Source of the DNA: Callorhinchus milii
Taxonomy: Eukaryota
Length of the DNA: 64,000 bases
NCBI RefSeq assembly: GCF_018977255.1
Contig: NW_024704743.1
Coordinates: forward strand, 64,606,001-64,670,000
Direction: 5' to 3'
Below are positions 12,401 through 26,475 of this stretch, in pieces. The translations under genes and the position numbers were made by a program. The notes under the pieces were generated by a model. It made no database searches and was not told where the DNA came from. It saw nothing but the letters and a program-made list of their open reading frames with translations. Within the stretch, counting starts at the first letter, position 1. Every line of letters starts with the position of its first letter.

Positions 12401-15199
12401 TTTGACATAGTTGTGAAGTGGTAGTTTATGTACTTTTGCAAATTTGCAATTTATGTTCAGAGAAAGATTGTTATCAATAGAAGACTGTATTGGTACTATT
12501 TGTAATTCATCCAAGTCATTAATGAGTTCTCAAGGCTGAGAGTGGGGATAGACAGTTGGGGTAGACAGTCTGTCAATGTTAACTCCAGAGAAAGATTAAG
12601 CAAGGAAAGATCAGCTGAGCTGCACCTCACTGTAGTACACACAACTAACTTTTACTAAGACACAGATATTTATGGCTCAAGGCTGCATTAAGTGAAACAG
12701 TTTCATTAAATGAACATTTACCTCATCCTACCTGCTGTCTAATCTGCCATGTTGGTCCTTTCTATGGTACAATGTAGCATACTCCAACATGTATGGGCTG
12801 TAAATGAGCACTGTTCTTAAAGAAGGCTGAAATGATGAAAATTATAAACCAAATTAATGGTGGTTTCAACCTCATGCATTAATGAGGCCAATTAATCGTT
12901 CAACGCCGATAACATTGATTTCTTTACATCTCCCCAAAATGCTGCCACAATTTGGCAAAGAATTTAAGACTGTTTGCTTTACTTTACTTCCAAAATATGT
13001 CATTAACCCATTAACTTTTACGATGGAACTTCGGGCCCTCTATTAAATAGTAGAAGATAACACTACATGACAAAATCTTGCAGCACTAAAATCTTATAGC
13101 ATATTGCAGGGAGGTGACAATGACACAGACGCAGAGTAAATAGATGAATCAGCACATTTACCAACCAGTAACTTTCAAACAGTGCAAAAATTTGTGTGCA
13201 GCAGAATACAGCTGTGCATGGAAAGTATTGTAATTCTGAAAGTATTCCCAAGTGGATACAGCTAAGTACATAATAACTATGAGGAATACATTAAACATGA
13301 AATTTAAAGAGATCCACTGCATTCAGATGATTTTTTGTTTTGTCTTTAAATCTTGTGTTCTTGGAATGTCTTAAGATGAAATTTAAGGAAAAAGGGATTT
13401 CTGTTTGCTGTGTGCTAGCCCTTCAAGAATTGAAATAGCATTTCTGTATCACATCCAAAATGAGAAACGGAAAAATAGATTAATGTGTTCCATGTTCTCA
13501 GATGTAAGCAGTGCTCTGTGGCCTAATCTCATTAAGCTCCTTCCAGAGTATGTTAATGGGAGCTGTAACATTCAGAGTATAACTTCAAAAAAAGAATGTG
13601 GAGTGAAACTAAAGACAAATGTGATTTCCACCAACATAAAGCTAATTAATACTTCAGAACCGTAAATATGTAATACATTCAGTATCATCTTATTATGGGT
13701 CTTTAGATGCCTTGGCTCCTCCAGGGATGGCATTGTTCTTTTATGTTAACAAAAAATTGATTCCTAAAAATATTTGTTAGTAACAGTTTCTAGTGTAGTA
13801 CGTTAGAAAGGTCCAAATGATAATCAAAACAAATGATAAATAGTATGTGCTGGACAGCAGTGTTGGTAAGGTGTGGGGAAAGTGTGCTTGCTTGTGACAG
13901 TCTAAAGCCTGTATGTACTGTTGTAACCTCTTCCCAACATCACGTAGCTTCAGTAACGACTTGAATTAATTTTAGGTAATCTCTGAACACCCGAGGTCCA
14001 AATTGCAGGGACTATATTCTGGTGGCAGGGATTTGTTCTTTCATTCTGATAAGCTTTTATATTTTCTTTAAAGATGTCAAAGCGAGTGCTTGCGAATTTT
14101 GCCTATGTTTTTTGAAATGTCAGTGTAGCACGACTGTATTGGTAACTAATGGTGACAGGGGTAGGCATTCTCTATGACCTCAGAAAATAGTAGAATAGCT
14201 CAAATTGCTTGGTGTAAGAATGCATTAGACTTACAGTTTCCTTGTGTACAACTGATTATGTAAAAGCAAAAAGATGAAAAGCTCTTCAAGTTCCCTGAGT
14301 TGCTTTTTATCTCACAGCAGCAGACGCTGAACCTTAAAGTTTTCTTTACAATTCAGAAATGCGCTGAAACCAAAGGTCTGATTTAAAACATAATGAAGAC
14401 CTCAGAACTTCCAGATTTATACTATCAGTAGAGTTCAATAGAATTTTTTTTAAAAAATTGGTGTGTGATTTGTGCTATTTATTTGTCCCAATTATTTTTT
14501 CGATGCATTATAGAAGATGTATTTTTGCAATCTTACTCTGCATTATGACATGTTAAATGCATTATTTCTGTTAAATGCATTACATCTTGTAATGCAAGTA
14601 ACATTGTAATCAATACATCTCGTAATCAATAACCAGTCAAATCTTTGTGAACCTCTGGTATTAGCTAGAAACATGTGTAATAGGATAAACATTATTCACT
14701 TGTTTACTTTGTTACCTCTGGTATGATACAGAACATGATTACCATGCAGGAGATGTATAATAACGTTTGGTTTTATTTTGAGTTCTTATGGAAATTAGGA
14801 GTTAATAGAGCAAATATGCAATCACCAGAAACAAAGTGAGATATTGCTAAAAGCTGAATGGAATGTTTGTTTATACAAACATTTTGTTACAAGCTGTGAA
14901 CATGTTTCTAACAATATGATTGTTATCATTGGGTTTCTAATTGGTGATATCCACAAAACAGATTTGTTGTGCTAAATGTATCTTCCAGTTTGCAACTTTA
15001 ATAATCCTTGCATTTGGTATAGCACCTTATCATGGAGTTGAGGTGTCTTAAATTGCTTCACAGGATTTTACTATCTTACTATTGTTTCTGCCACAAAATA
15101 TAGTCACTCCACTTTACAGTATATTCTGTGAAGCGCTTTTAGACGTCTCGAAGACGTGATAAGGCGCTGTATCAAATGGAAGGATTATTATTATTATCT

Positions 15200-15595
15200 A
15201 CTCTGGTGACTGTTGTGTATTTGTAAGCCAATGCCGCAGCCAATTACTACACAATAATGTCCCACAAATAGCCAGGAAGTGAAGGACCAATTTTATCTGG
15301 GGGATTGTTGGTCAGAACACTGGGAGAAACTTCCTCTTCTTTCAAATAATGTCATGGGATCTCTAACGTTTACCTGAATAAGCAAATAGGACTTTGGTTT
15401 AATGTCTCATCCAAAAATCAGAAACTCCAACAGTGTAGAAGCCCCCCCTCCCCACACTTTTTGAGGGTGTCAGCAAATCTCCTTTACTGCATTGGTGTGT
15501 CAACCAAGAACTGTGAGTTCAAATTCCCCAGCGTGGACAACAACCCATAACATTCTGATTCAGAAAAAGAGTTTACCTACAAGAGTGAAACCGTC
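15200..15595 (-). mobile_element. DeuSINE, degenerate
   Basis: Reverse complement of Deu core (AGAACACTGGGAGAAAC...ATAATGTCATGGGATC...TTTAATGTCTCATCC). Confidence 0.65.
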
Positions 15596-15835
15596 TGACA
15601 CCATTTTACTGAAAATCTCGCAAATCAGAAATTATAATGAATGTAACAAATTTTATTTGTGAATATTGCAAATTAGACAGTTATCAATTCTCAATTACAG
15701 GATCTAACAAGATTTCATTAGGAAAGAGTGGGCTGGAACAGATGTTTCTGTGCATGTTGTGTAGATTAAGGACTTAATCGAAATGTCAACCGACCCCCAT
15801 ATAAAACACAACATTTACTTCATGGCTCTTTGTGG

Positions 15836-17035
15836 AACAACCACAACAACAATAACAAGATTTCATTTATAGAGCACCTTTCACGTCGGGAGGACGTTCC
15901 AAGATGCCGGACAGTTGGGTTGGGACCCGAGCAGGGGGGAAATGGTCAGGGTGAGGGGAGGGAAGCGAGGGAGCGAGGAGGGGGTAGAGAGTCGAGAGGG
16001 GAGCTGAAGGCACGGTTGAAGAGAAAGGTCTTGAGACCGGCCTTGAAGGAGGAAAGGGAGGAGGCGGCGAAGGCACTGGGGGATAGAGTTCCAGAACCTC
16101 GGGACTGAGAGGCTGAAGGCCCGGCCACCGATGGTAGGGCGGTTGGGACGGGGGATGTGGAGCAGACCGGAGCCAGAGGAACGGAGGGTACGGGCAGGTA
16201 GGTAGGGGGATAGCAGGTCGGAGAGGTAGGAGGGAGCGAGGCCGTGAATGGCCTTGTAGGTGAGGATGAGGATCTTGAATTCGATCCTCTGGGGGTTTGA
16301 ATCCAGTGGAGGCGAGCGAGGGTGGGAGTGATGTGTTCCCGAAGCCTGGTGCGGGACAGTACACGAGCTGCAGAGCTCTGAATGACCTGCAGCTTGTGAA
16401 GGGAGGTGCCGGGAAGGCCGGCGAGGAGAGAGTTCCCATAGTCCAGCCTTGAGGTGATAAAGGCGTGGACCAGAGTTTCAGCAGCGTGAGGGTTGAGGTA
16501 GTGCCGTAGTCTGGCGATGTTTCGGATGTTTCGCTTCGCAAGTGAGAGAGCTGGGTTCTATTCCTGGTAGGAAGAAATGTTGGGCAAGTTTCCTAACTCC
16601 ACATGCCTCTGTTTATCTCACAGTGAGTAGGAACTCGGTTGTTGGTCGATTGGCGGATCGCTTTTCTGGGGATAATAATCCTGGACCAGTGTTTCAGCAG
16701 CATGAGGGGTGAGGTAGTACCGTAGTCTGGCGATGTTTCGGAGGTGATGGAAGGCGGTGCCAGTTGTGGCGCGGATATGAGGAAGAAAGGACAGCTCAGG
16801 GTCGAACAGAACGCCGAGGTTCCTTATTGGTTTTGAGAGGTGGAGAGTGCAGCCTTGGATGCTGATGGTGTCGGCGCCTGAGGTGCGGAGGCGCTGACGT
16901 GAGCCAATCAGGAGGGCCTCAGTTTTGTGCACGTTAAGCTGAAGAAAGTTGTCTCTCGTCCAGGACTCGATGTCGGACAGGCAGCTGTCAGGACATCGGT
17001 GGTCGTGGAGTTGAGGGTAGAGGAGGAAAGGTAGA
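15836..17035 (-). mobile_element. Young 5'-truncated L2 LINE (ORF2 C-terminus, 3'UTR, (TTG)n tail), interrupted at 16527-16681
   Basis: Minus frame reads KTEALLIGSRQRL...IRNLGVLFDPELSFLPHIRATTGTAFHHLRNIARLR; CpG-rich; near-identical to 31009-31778. Confidence 0.93.
16531..16681 (+). mobile_element. Internal fragment of long-form tRNA-SINE lodged in the L2
   Basis: Matches the reverse complement of about 45015-45165 including the variant GGTAGGAAGAAATGTTGGGCAAG; lacks A-box and tail. Confidence 0.88.
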
Positions 17036-18264
17036 ACATTACTGTTTCCAAATTGGCTGCTATGTTCACGTACAAATACACAATTAATTACTTTACAGTG
17101 TATCCTTTGAAGCAGTTGATGTCCACCCTATATGAAAGACACTAGATTAAATGTAAGAATTATTACATAATAAATTCATAGGCACATGCAGAGTCTTGGA
17201 CCACTGCATTGTAAACAGGTAAAATATTCCGAAACTGTTTAATTTCTTATGTATTATTGTGCATTCATATTTACAACAAATATTACTAAGGATAAAAATG
17301 GTATTGTTTGCTGTGTTACTCGTTTTCTGGGTAAAATTGGGTAACTTCAGAATATGGCACGATAGGGCACAGTCAGTATCATCACATATTGCTAAGTATA
17401 CAAACTGTGCAATTGGCTTCTCTACTAAGTACATGTCAGATGTAAAGCAGAGAGTGAGGTGTTCATAGCATCAATGGCACAGTCTCCCTGGTGACATGGC
17501 AAAGTGACATAATAAAGCTGCAGAGTGACTATCATATTTATTATTAGTCCCACCATTGTCCAGAATGAAAGGTGTCTTCTCGAGCTTATCGCAAGGCAAC
17601 ACAGGGGATTTGAAGAGTTTCAAGATGTTTTCTTATGTGAAGAGCTCTGTATAAATGCAAGTTGTTGTTGTTTTATTGCTGTGGTACTGAATCTCCACAA
17701 GTTGCAAAGTCAAAATGTTCCCAAACATGACACGATTGAAAAGCACAAAAGACCTCAAAACCAGGCTGCGCCCCCACAAGACTGATAACTGCAGAATTGT
17801 CATTATGCACTTCCCCAGTATTTAAATAGACCTTACATATCTCTAGAGACGCTTTGGTTAAACATTAGCATTTTGTCATACTGTAGAAGAAATCAAAATT
17901 GGTATGAGTGTCTTTAACTTATCTTGCTTGGGACGTCCTCTCGATGTGAAAGGTGCAATACAAATGTAATTTTGTATTGTATTGCTTTCCTGGCAAGTAT
18001 GTCTCCACACGTATCCTCAAATGTCATGGAATCATCTATATCTGTTGCTAAAGCTGGCTTGGAGATCCACTGCAGGAATGCATTTGTTGAAAGGACTTTT
18101 AGGGAAGAAGATTTCATAAGTTAGATCTAACACTGATAAATGATCCAACAAATGTTTCCACAGATTTCGGTGGAAACATGAATTCCGATCTGCTGCCTGT
18201 TGAGGTTTTTCCAATTACCTAGAATCTCTTGGAAATTTGTGGATAATTATTTAGTCTATCCAGG

Positions 18265-18410
18265 ACCAAATGGAATACACTGAAGGGTCCCAAGATAAAT
18301 GCGAGAGGAAATTACTGAAGCCCTAGAGATCATATTTCATAGGTAAATAGAGGGAAATTACATACCAGCCAATTGGAGAATGGCTAATGTTGTACCCATC
18401 TTCAAGGAAC
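18265..18410 (+). mobile_element. CR1 ORF2 internal fragment
   Basis: Reads EITEALEIIF and WRMANVVPIFK (CR1 W..ANV.PIFKKG motif). Confidence 0.7.
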
Positions 18411-18457
18411 CTCAAATAGTGATGAGGTTGTACTTATAAATCCTTATTTCTACATGT

Positions 18458-18780
18458 GTCAGCCTGGTTCAGGTTTTAGCACTCTCATCTCTGAGTCAGT
18501 TTATGAGTTCAATTTGGGATTTTGAGCTCCTATAGTGCTGGGGGTGTACTGCCTTGTTGGAGGTTCCGCCTTTCAGATAAGACATTAAATCAAAGTTCCA
18601 GTTGGCTTTTCAGATAGATATTACAGTTCCCAAGGTACTACAGTATTCAAAAAGGGAAAGGAGTTTTCCCCAATGTCCTGGCAAGCAATCCCTCCAGAAT
18701 TAAATTGTCCATTCAGGTTGTGGCTGTTTGTGGGACATTGCTATGTGCAAATTGGCTTCTGTGTTCACCTCCCAAACAGT
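18458..18780 (+). mobile_element. DeuSINE
   Basis: Head GTCAGCCTGGTTCAGG...CTCTGAGTCAG, Deu core GGAGGTTCCGCCTTTCAGATAAGACATTAAATC, tail GGCTGTTTGTGGGACATTGC. Confidence 0.7.
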
Positions 18781-20182
18781 TATGATCCTTATTTACATGT
18801 CCTATGCACAGAACAATCTGATAATAACAATATAGTCATCCACATTTCTGCTCATTAACATTGTCAAAAGATTCATTCTCTAACCTTCCAAGATTCTTGA
18901 GATCAATCGTCACCACCAGTGAAACCACTTCATAAGCAGACCTCTAAATCCTTTCCTGTTAAAATACAGTTTGTATTCCATATTCCAAACCAGTAATTGA
19001 AAATGATTTACAAGGTAAAGAAAACCTGAACTACACATGAATCATTGGATCCCAATAATACTCGCTGATTCAGGATGACCAAAATCCCAAGTGTAACCAT
19101 CTTCCATCCCTTTGTCTTGTACAACCTTGAGTAGCTCATCTCTTTAATCATGAACTTTTCCTGTTAATGCGTAGCATGTGCACATCAGCTCTAAAATTTG
19201 GGAAGACACTGCATTACTCCTGTGTTGCTAGCACTTTACCACACCCTTACATTCTGTGCATTACTTTAACTCTTACATTGACCAGAAGGCAGACAGCAAA
19301 GTTGGATTTAAGGTTCATCATCAGAAATAAATTATAAATCATCCAGTTCAATCTTTAGCCTTCAAATACACAGTCACTACACATTACAGTAAAATCCATT
19401 GAAGTACTTTAATATGTTTTTTGATGGCATAATAAGGTTCTATATCAAATATCAGGGTTTTCATTTCAAGAAACTTGGTGGGTGACCCCTTCTGATCCAT
19501 TTTGAATTAATGAAACCAATGAGAAGTTCTCAAGTTGATTTTTAGAGAGAAAAAATTGTATTTTTTCAAGTAAACAATAATGTGAAAATGTTAAATCAGC
19601 AATTCAGCTGTTTATGATACAGCTATTTAGAGTCCCAAACATAATCTGTACTTTTCAAAAACAAAATCTCAGGTAACTGAGCACGAGATTTGAGATGCAA
19701 TTCTGGTGGTTCTACTCAGCACTTTATGATGTTGATAAAATAAGTATCCCATCCAAATGATCCTTCTCTATGTCCTCCTGACATGAAAGATGCCATACAA
19801 ACGTAACTTGTTGTTGTCGTTGTTAATCAGGTTCAATTAGGTTGAACTGAATCCATGGAGTAATGTCAGATAGATCTGCAATAATCCAAGGCTTTGTTGA
19901 TGGTTGATCAATGAGATTTGGAGATGTAGGAACATCAGAACATGCCCTCAATCTTGCTAGTCAAAGTCATAACAGGTAGAGTAGAATTAGGTGGACATGG
20001 AAAGCGCAACAGATCAGTGGTAAGCCGCATGTTTACTGTTGCATATGTACTTTAAAAATAAATTGTGTGTGGATCTGAGGAAAGTTACTTGCCAATGACA
20101 TTTCTGGCCTCTTTGATCCGTGAGTAGATTGCCACCAAATGCATTGTTATATCCCAGGACAAAATGGATTGAGATCCCAAAT

Positions 20183-20541
20183 TATGAGGCAATTCGAAGG
20201 GGTGAACAAGGAGAAACTATTTCCACTGGCGTGTGGGTCGGTAACCCGAGGGCACTGATTTAAAACAGTTGTTAAAAGAAACAGAGGGGAGGTGAGAAGT
20301 AATGTTTTCACACAGTGGGTTGTTCGGATATGGAATGCATTGCCTGAAAGGGTGGTGGAAGCTGATTCGATAATGACTTTTAAGAGAGAAGTAGATAATT
20401 ATTTGGGGAGGATAAGTTTGCAGGGCTATGGGGAGAGAGTGGGGGAGTGGAATTGATTTAGATAGCTCTTTTAAAAGAGCCGGCTCAGACACAATGGGCC
20501 GAATGGCCTCCTTCTGTGCTGTATATTTCTATGATTCTATG
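20183..20541 (+). mobile_element. CR1 LINE 3' end
   Basis: TRGH...FSHSGLFGYG/VVRIWNALP-type region and terminus GGGCCGAATGGCCTCCTTCTGTGCTGTATATTTCTATGATTCTATG. Confidence 0.88.
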
Positions 20542-20899
20542 AGTTCAATGATGCCCATAGGAATCACATGAGAAAAACTGAGGATGAAGAGATGACACAC
20601 TGGGTCGGGCAAGGCGGGAGACATGAAGCATGCTGGAGCCCGCTGAGTGGAGGGAGAGAACAGGTTGATAGGGGGTTAGGAAGTCACAGAGGTTGAGAGG
20701 AGTAATGCCATGGAGGGCTTTGAAGATGAGGACCAGGATCTTGAACTGTATCCTGTGAGTGATGGGGAGCTAGTGGAGCTGGGCAAGGATGGGGGTGATA
20801 GCAACTGAGGGGCAGAATTGTTTTTACGTCATCTAAAAGGTCAGTTATATTGCCTAAATGTTACTGTTATTTGAGCCCAGTCAACTGCTAACAAAACAG

Positions 20900-21305
20900 A
20901 TAATAATCTTTGCATTTGATATTGCACCTTATCATGTCATTGAGCCATTTTAAACTGATTCACAGGATTTTTACTGTGAAGTGTATTGACTGCATTTATA
21001 GGCAAACACAGTATCTAATTTGCACACAGCATTGTCCTGCAAATAGCGATTGAAGTAAATGACCAATTTTACTTGGGGGAATTTTCGGCCAGAACATCAG
21101 GAGAAAGTCCCTTTTCTTTTCAAATAGTGCCATGGGATCTTTAATTCCACCTGAACAGGCAGACGATAACTTGGTATATGTCTTTATCTGAAGAGTGTCT
21201 CTGACCATGTAGTTCTCCCCCAACACTGAATTAGAGTATCAGCCTAGACTATGAGTTCAAAGTCCTAATGTAGGGTATGAGCCCACAAACTTCTGACTAA
21301 GAGAT
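20900..21305 (-). mobile_element. DeuSINE with L2-type tail
   Basis: Reverse-complement tail (ATAATAATCTTTGCATTTGATAT) and Deu core (AATAGTGCCATGGGATCTTT...CCACCTGAACAGGCAGAC). Confidence 0.75.
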
Positions 21306-22461
21306 GTAGCTTAATGTGGCAATTACAAATAAATGAAAGAATCTGTTTTTCCATCACATAAGCTTCATCAATTATACTTTTCAATATGATTAGCTGCAGA
21401 GTCTAAAAATAGATGATGCAGTCTATTAAATCATTCAAAATGAAAATAATACATTTAGTTAAGTCAGTGTAAACTATAATTAACATTAAACTGCACAAAC
21501 ATATATCAACATATATCTACAAAATATAGTCCCTACTATTTTACAGTGATTTCAATATGTTTTAAGACATCCTCCTGATTGAAAGGCACTATATTAAATT
21601 AAGGATTATGATCATTATAAATTCATAGAAGAACAATAAGACATCCTGATGTGAAAGATACAATATGAAATGTAAAAAATGTTATTATTTTATGAATTTC
21701 TTCCTGCTGTTTCCAGACCTTATGCACAGAACAGCTCTTCTCTCATGGTACTAAGGTGAAGATTGCTTCTAAATCCATCCTGACTGTACCTTATAGCCTC
21801 CCCACTCTTCAGATGAGCATTGATAATTTCCTGTATGAAACTCTCGAGTATTCTTCCCCACTATAAATGCTAGGTAAATTGGTTTTTCTGTCATTCCTTT
21901 ATTTGAAAACGAGTGAGAATTGTAGCTGGAAATTACAAACCACTTAATCTAACTTTTGTAGCAGGGAAAGCACTTGAGGATTACACAGAATTCTATCACT
22001 GCTCCTCTAAAGAGTTCAGAAACCATAAGGAACAGTCAACATGAATTTAGAAGCAATATTCATCCCTTAGAAATCTACTGCAATTCTCATTGGAGAAGGA
22101 ACAAGTGGATGAGGGCTATATAGAGGGTATAATTTAGATTTTGGAAAGGATTCAATGAAATTGTTCATGTGAAACTCATGTCAAGACTGGAAAAGTTCAA
22201 GAAATTAATGGACAAACAGCTGATTGGATTGAAGACTAGCTCAGAAGTAGGAAGTAGAGGTGATAACAAATGTAGAAGGTACTGTCTGGGAAGCGATTTA
22301 CCAGCCAGAATTTCTTAGGTCTGATCTCTACCCCGAATGTGCATAATATGTCTTAGAGGAAAAAATGTCCTGAAGACAAATATTTATTATAACATTTACT
22401 TGTAGTATAAATCAGGTGATTAATATGACGATTGGGAGAATTACACACTCATTATTAATGA

Positions 22462-22830
22462 TAATAATAATAATCCTTGCATTTAACCTATCACCTTTCA
22501 TGTCAGGAGTTCATTTCAAAGAAAGCGCTTCACAGAATATACTGCAAAGTGTAGTGACTGTGTTTTGTTGGCGAACTTGGCAGCTAAATTGTGCCAGGAC
22601 AATAGGGCAAACTCCATTCTCTTTCTGAGTAGTATGGAATTTTTGATGTCCACCTGAACACACAGATGGGATCTCAGTTCAGGTGGACATCAAAGTCTAT
22701 CACGCACCCCCAGCATTTCATTGGAACGTCACAACCTAGACTATATGAGTTCAAAGTCTCAAGGTGGGGCACAAACCACAATTTTTTGACTCAGAGGTGA
22801 CAGTGCTGCCAGAGGTGAGCCAGGCTGACA
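22462..22830 (-). mobile_element. DeuSINE, degenerate
   Basis: Tail at 22462; head reverse complement ...GACTCAGAGGTGACAGTGCT...GAGCCAGGCTGAC. Confidence 0.7.
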
Positions 22831-22900
22831 CATGGTAATCACTCCAAATTTGGAATATTAAGTGTATTGCCAACCATCCTGTGTTCAAAAATACATTACA

Positions 22901-23212
22901 GTGGAGTTTTGTAGCTCAGTGGTTAGAGCACTTACTCTACAAGCGAGAGACCTGGATTCGATTCCTGGCAGAGTGAAACCTTGGGCAAGTTTCCTTACTC
23001 CACACGCCTGATAATAATCCCTCAAAAAAAACAATAATAAATTAGTCATTTCAATCCGGGACTGTTTGTGGGACACTGCTGTGCGCAATCGGCTGCTGCA
23101 TTCCGCCCACAAATATACAGTCTTTACAGTCTTTACAGTCTATTCTGTGAAGAGCTTTGAGACATCTAGAAGAGGTGAAAAGCACTATATCAAGGATTAT
23201 TATTATTATTAT
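22901..23212 (+). mobile_element. Young tRNA-derived SINE, short form
   Basis: A-box TAGCTCAGTGG, B-box-like GGATTCGATTCC, CCTTGGGCAAGTTTCC body, L2-like tail ending in (TTA)n. Confidence 0.92.
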
Positions 23213-23374
23213 GATATTAAGAACTGGAGCAGGTTAGAGATAAGTGACAAGGATGATTCCGGAACTTATAGTTCCAATGTTTGAGGAGAGGCTCAAGAAA
23301 AAAGTTAACTCTCTGGAAACGTAGGGGAAAAATACATTTGTGTTGGGAGCTAGGCCAGGATTCAATACAGTACA

Positions 23375-24285
23375 TACAAACTTATATTTATATAGCACCT
23401 TTCATGTCAGGAAGATGTCCCCAGGCATTTAACAATAATGGCTTGACACCCTAGCTGTGGGTGGGAGCTGAGGCAGGTGGGGAAGGGAAAGATGACTGAA
23501 AGCAAGATTGTAGTATAAATCTAGGTTATCGTAAGTGTTCAACTAGGTAGGTCATGAGATGGACCTTAAGCGAAGTGAGGGAGCAAGTCAAAAGAACTCT
23601 GGAATGGAGTTCCAGAGAGTGGGAACACAGTGGCTGTAAACCTGCCCGACAATGATGGGATAGAAAGAGTGGAGGACATGAAGCAGGCCAATGTCCCACT
23701 GAGCGAAGACAATGGCCAGTTTTGTAGGGTTTGATGAGGCCGCGGAGATAGAGTGTGGCAAGACCATGGATGGATTTAAAGATAAGAACAAAGATTCTCA
23801 GTCTGATGGGGGATGGGGAGCCAATGAAGCTGGGAGAGCCTGATACTGGAATGAAGCCTGATACTGGAAAAGACTTGGGCAGCAGAGTTCTGCATAGTTG
23901 TGTAGGAAAGAGCTGGGTAGTCAGATGAGTAGAACATTGGTGTAATCAAATCTGGGCATGATAAATCCATGGATGAGGGTCTCGGCTGCCTGAGGCGAGA
24001 GGTAGTGGTGGGGACGGGCATATATAATGAAGGTGGAGGAAAGCTGAGGGGGTCAGGGCATGGATGTGAGGTTTAAAGGATGATTTGGAGACAAGTAAGA
24101 TACCAAGGTTCTACACAGACTCCATGAGGTGAAGTGTGCATCCATGTAGATTCAAGCTGTCAGCACCTGAGGCGAGAAGCTGTTGATGGGAGTCAAGCAG
24201 GTGAGCTACTGTCTTGCCAACATTGAACTGGGGAAAGTTAGAGCTCATCCAGGACTTGATGTCTGATAGGATATCAAGTCCGGGA
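23375..24285 (-). mobile_element. Old L2 3' fragment
   Basis: Minus frames read LSDIKSWMSSNFPQFNVGKT, QNSAAQV, LSQLHWLPI and PTLWNSIP. Confidence 0.85.
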
Positions 24286-24449
24286 TGAGCTATAATTAAC
24301 ATTTTTCCCCTGGAGATAGTGGGTGGGTAGAAGTTCATAATAGGGTTTTGTGTGATACGGAAAAGATGTGGATTGATGGCCAGATGCTATTTTTCTTGTC
24401 CTGTACATTCTTTCCTTTGTATTCACTCACATAATCTCCTATGTCCCCT

Positions 24450-24770
24450 GTGAAGTCCTGGAACTCAGTGGTTAGAGCACTGGCCTCACAAGCGAGAGAC
24501 TTGGGTTTGATTCTCGGCAGGGCAAAACCTTGGGCAAGTTTCCTTACTCCAAATGCCTGATAATAATCCCTCAAGAAAAGAAATAATAAAATAATAATTT
24601 GGTCACTCAATCCACAACTATTTGTGAGACATCTCTGTGCACAATTGGCTGCTGCGTTTTACCCACAAATATACAGCCTATTCACTTTACAGTATATTCT
24701 GTGAAGTGCTTTGAGATGTCTAGAAGGTGTGAAAGGCGTTATATAAAATGCACGGATTGTTATTATGATT
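24450..24770 (+). mobile_element. tRNA-SINE, short form
   Basis: Same head, body and tail as 22901. Confidence 0.9.
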
Positions 24771-25475
24771 CTATATTTGTTTTCAGCCACTGTTAACACA
24801 GGTATTTTGACATCCACTTTTTATGGGGAAATATATATTTATGCGCCCATATTTTCAGTTTCTCCAGACAACAGCTGGGCAGAATGACCTGTTACATGAC
24901 AATTCATCACCCCATGATTTCATGGAGAAGCTATCACACTACTTTTTAATTACTACACATTTTTCTTTTCACTTTTTCAGAGAACACTCAAAGCATTAAC
25001 ACAATATTCTAAACCCATATAATACCCTTAATTTGATAAAGTGCCTTTCACCTCAGAAGGACATTAAAAGTGCTTCACAGTGTAAAGTGGATGTCCTCCC
25101 GATGTGAAAGGCGTTCTATAAAGGTAATTTTGTTGTTGTTGTAAAGTATAAAGAGTAGTGACTGCAGTTTGTAGGTGAGCGCACCATAGAAAGTTGAAGA
25201 TCCTGCAAGCCTTCCCACTGTCTATCCCTGCACTGCAACCAGGTCATAAAGCATATTGCATAACACAATTAAATCATTAAATCCACCTCATTTAACTTCT
25301 TTTACCATCCATTTGTAACATAAACCATGAATATAAAACTTTGTTGCTTGCAGCTTATCAGTTCAGCCTATACACAGCACATAAATCATATAACTTATTA
25401 GAGTTTCATATATCCTATCCTGTAGCTGCTGTGAAATGAACCTGTCTCTAATTCAATGCTCTTTGTGTTTTTTAG

Positions 25476-25676
<201 letters not shown>

Positions 25677-25709
25677 TAAGATTCTTTAGGTTGTTATTAA
25701 GAAAAGGAA

Positions 25710-26475
25710 CAACTAGAACAACAAATTATATTTATATAGCGCCTTTCACATCGGAAAAGACATCCCAAGGCACTGGACAGTCAACGGTTTGCACCCGAGC
25801 TGGGGTTTGGAATCAAGAGGGGTGGAGGGTAGGGGTGGTGGCTAAAAGCGCAGTCAAAGCGGAAGGTCTTGAGATGGACCTTGAAGGAGACAAGGGAGGG
25901 GGTGAGGCAGGAAGGGTGCGGGACATGGAGCAGGTCTCCAAACTGAGGAAGCGGATAGGTTGGTATGGTGTTAAGAGATCACAGAGGTAGGGAGCAGCAT
26001 GACCATGGAGGACTTTAAAGATGAGGGCGAGGATTTTAAACTAAGAGGTGGGAAGCCAGTGAGCCGGGCGAGGATGGGGTGATCAGTTCACAAAGTTTGG
26101 TACAGTAGAGACAACGAGCTGCAGAGTTCTGAATAATCTGCAGTTTGTGGAGGGAAGAGTTGGGAAGTCCGGCAAGCAGGGAGTCAGCATAGTCAAGCCT
26201 GGATGTGGCAAATGTATAAATGAGGGCCTCAGCGGCCTGAGGGGAGAGGCAGTGGCGGGTAATGTTGTGAAGGTGGGGGAAATGCAGAATGGGTCATGGC
26301 ACAAATGTGGGATTTAGAGGATAGTTGAGGGTCAAACAGGACATCAAGGTTCTTTACTGGCTCTATGAGGTGGAGAGTGCATCCATGAACAGTGATGCAG
26401 TCAGCGCTTGAGTTGAGGAGGCGCTGAAGGGAGCTAAGCAGAAGGGCCTCCGTCTTGTTGAAGTTCATCTGGAAC
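25710..26475 (-). mobile_element. L2 3' fragment
   Basis: Minus frame reads QMNFNKTEALLL...VKNLDVLFDPQLSSKSHI; L2 tail at about 25715-25770. Confidence 0.87.

Noticed and set aside
14551..14632. Short tandem duplications and a 9-bp hairpin
   Set aside because: Expected slippage products in AT-rich DNA; too short for a miRNA precursor
15830..16932. Pro/Ser-rich and Arg/Gly-rich ORFs, repeated at 31181-31860
   Set aside because: Alternative frames of young L2 copies, not host genes
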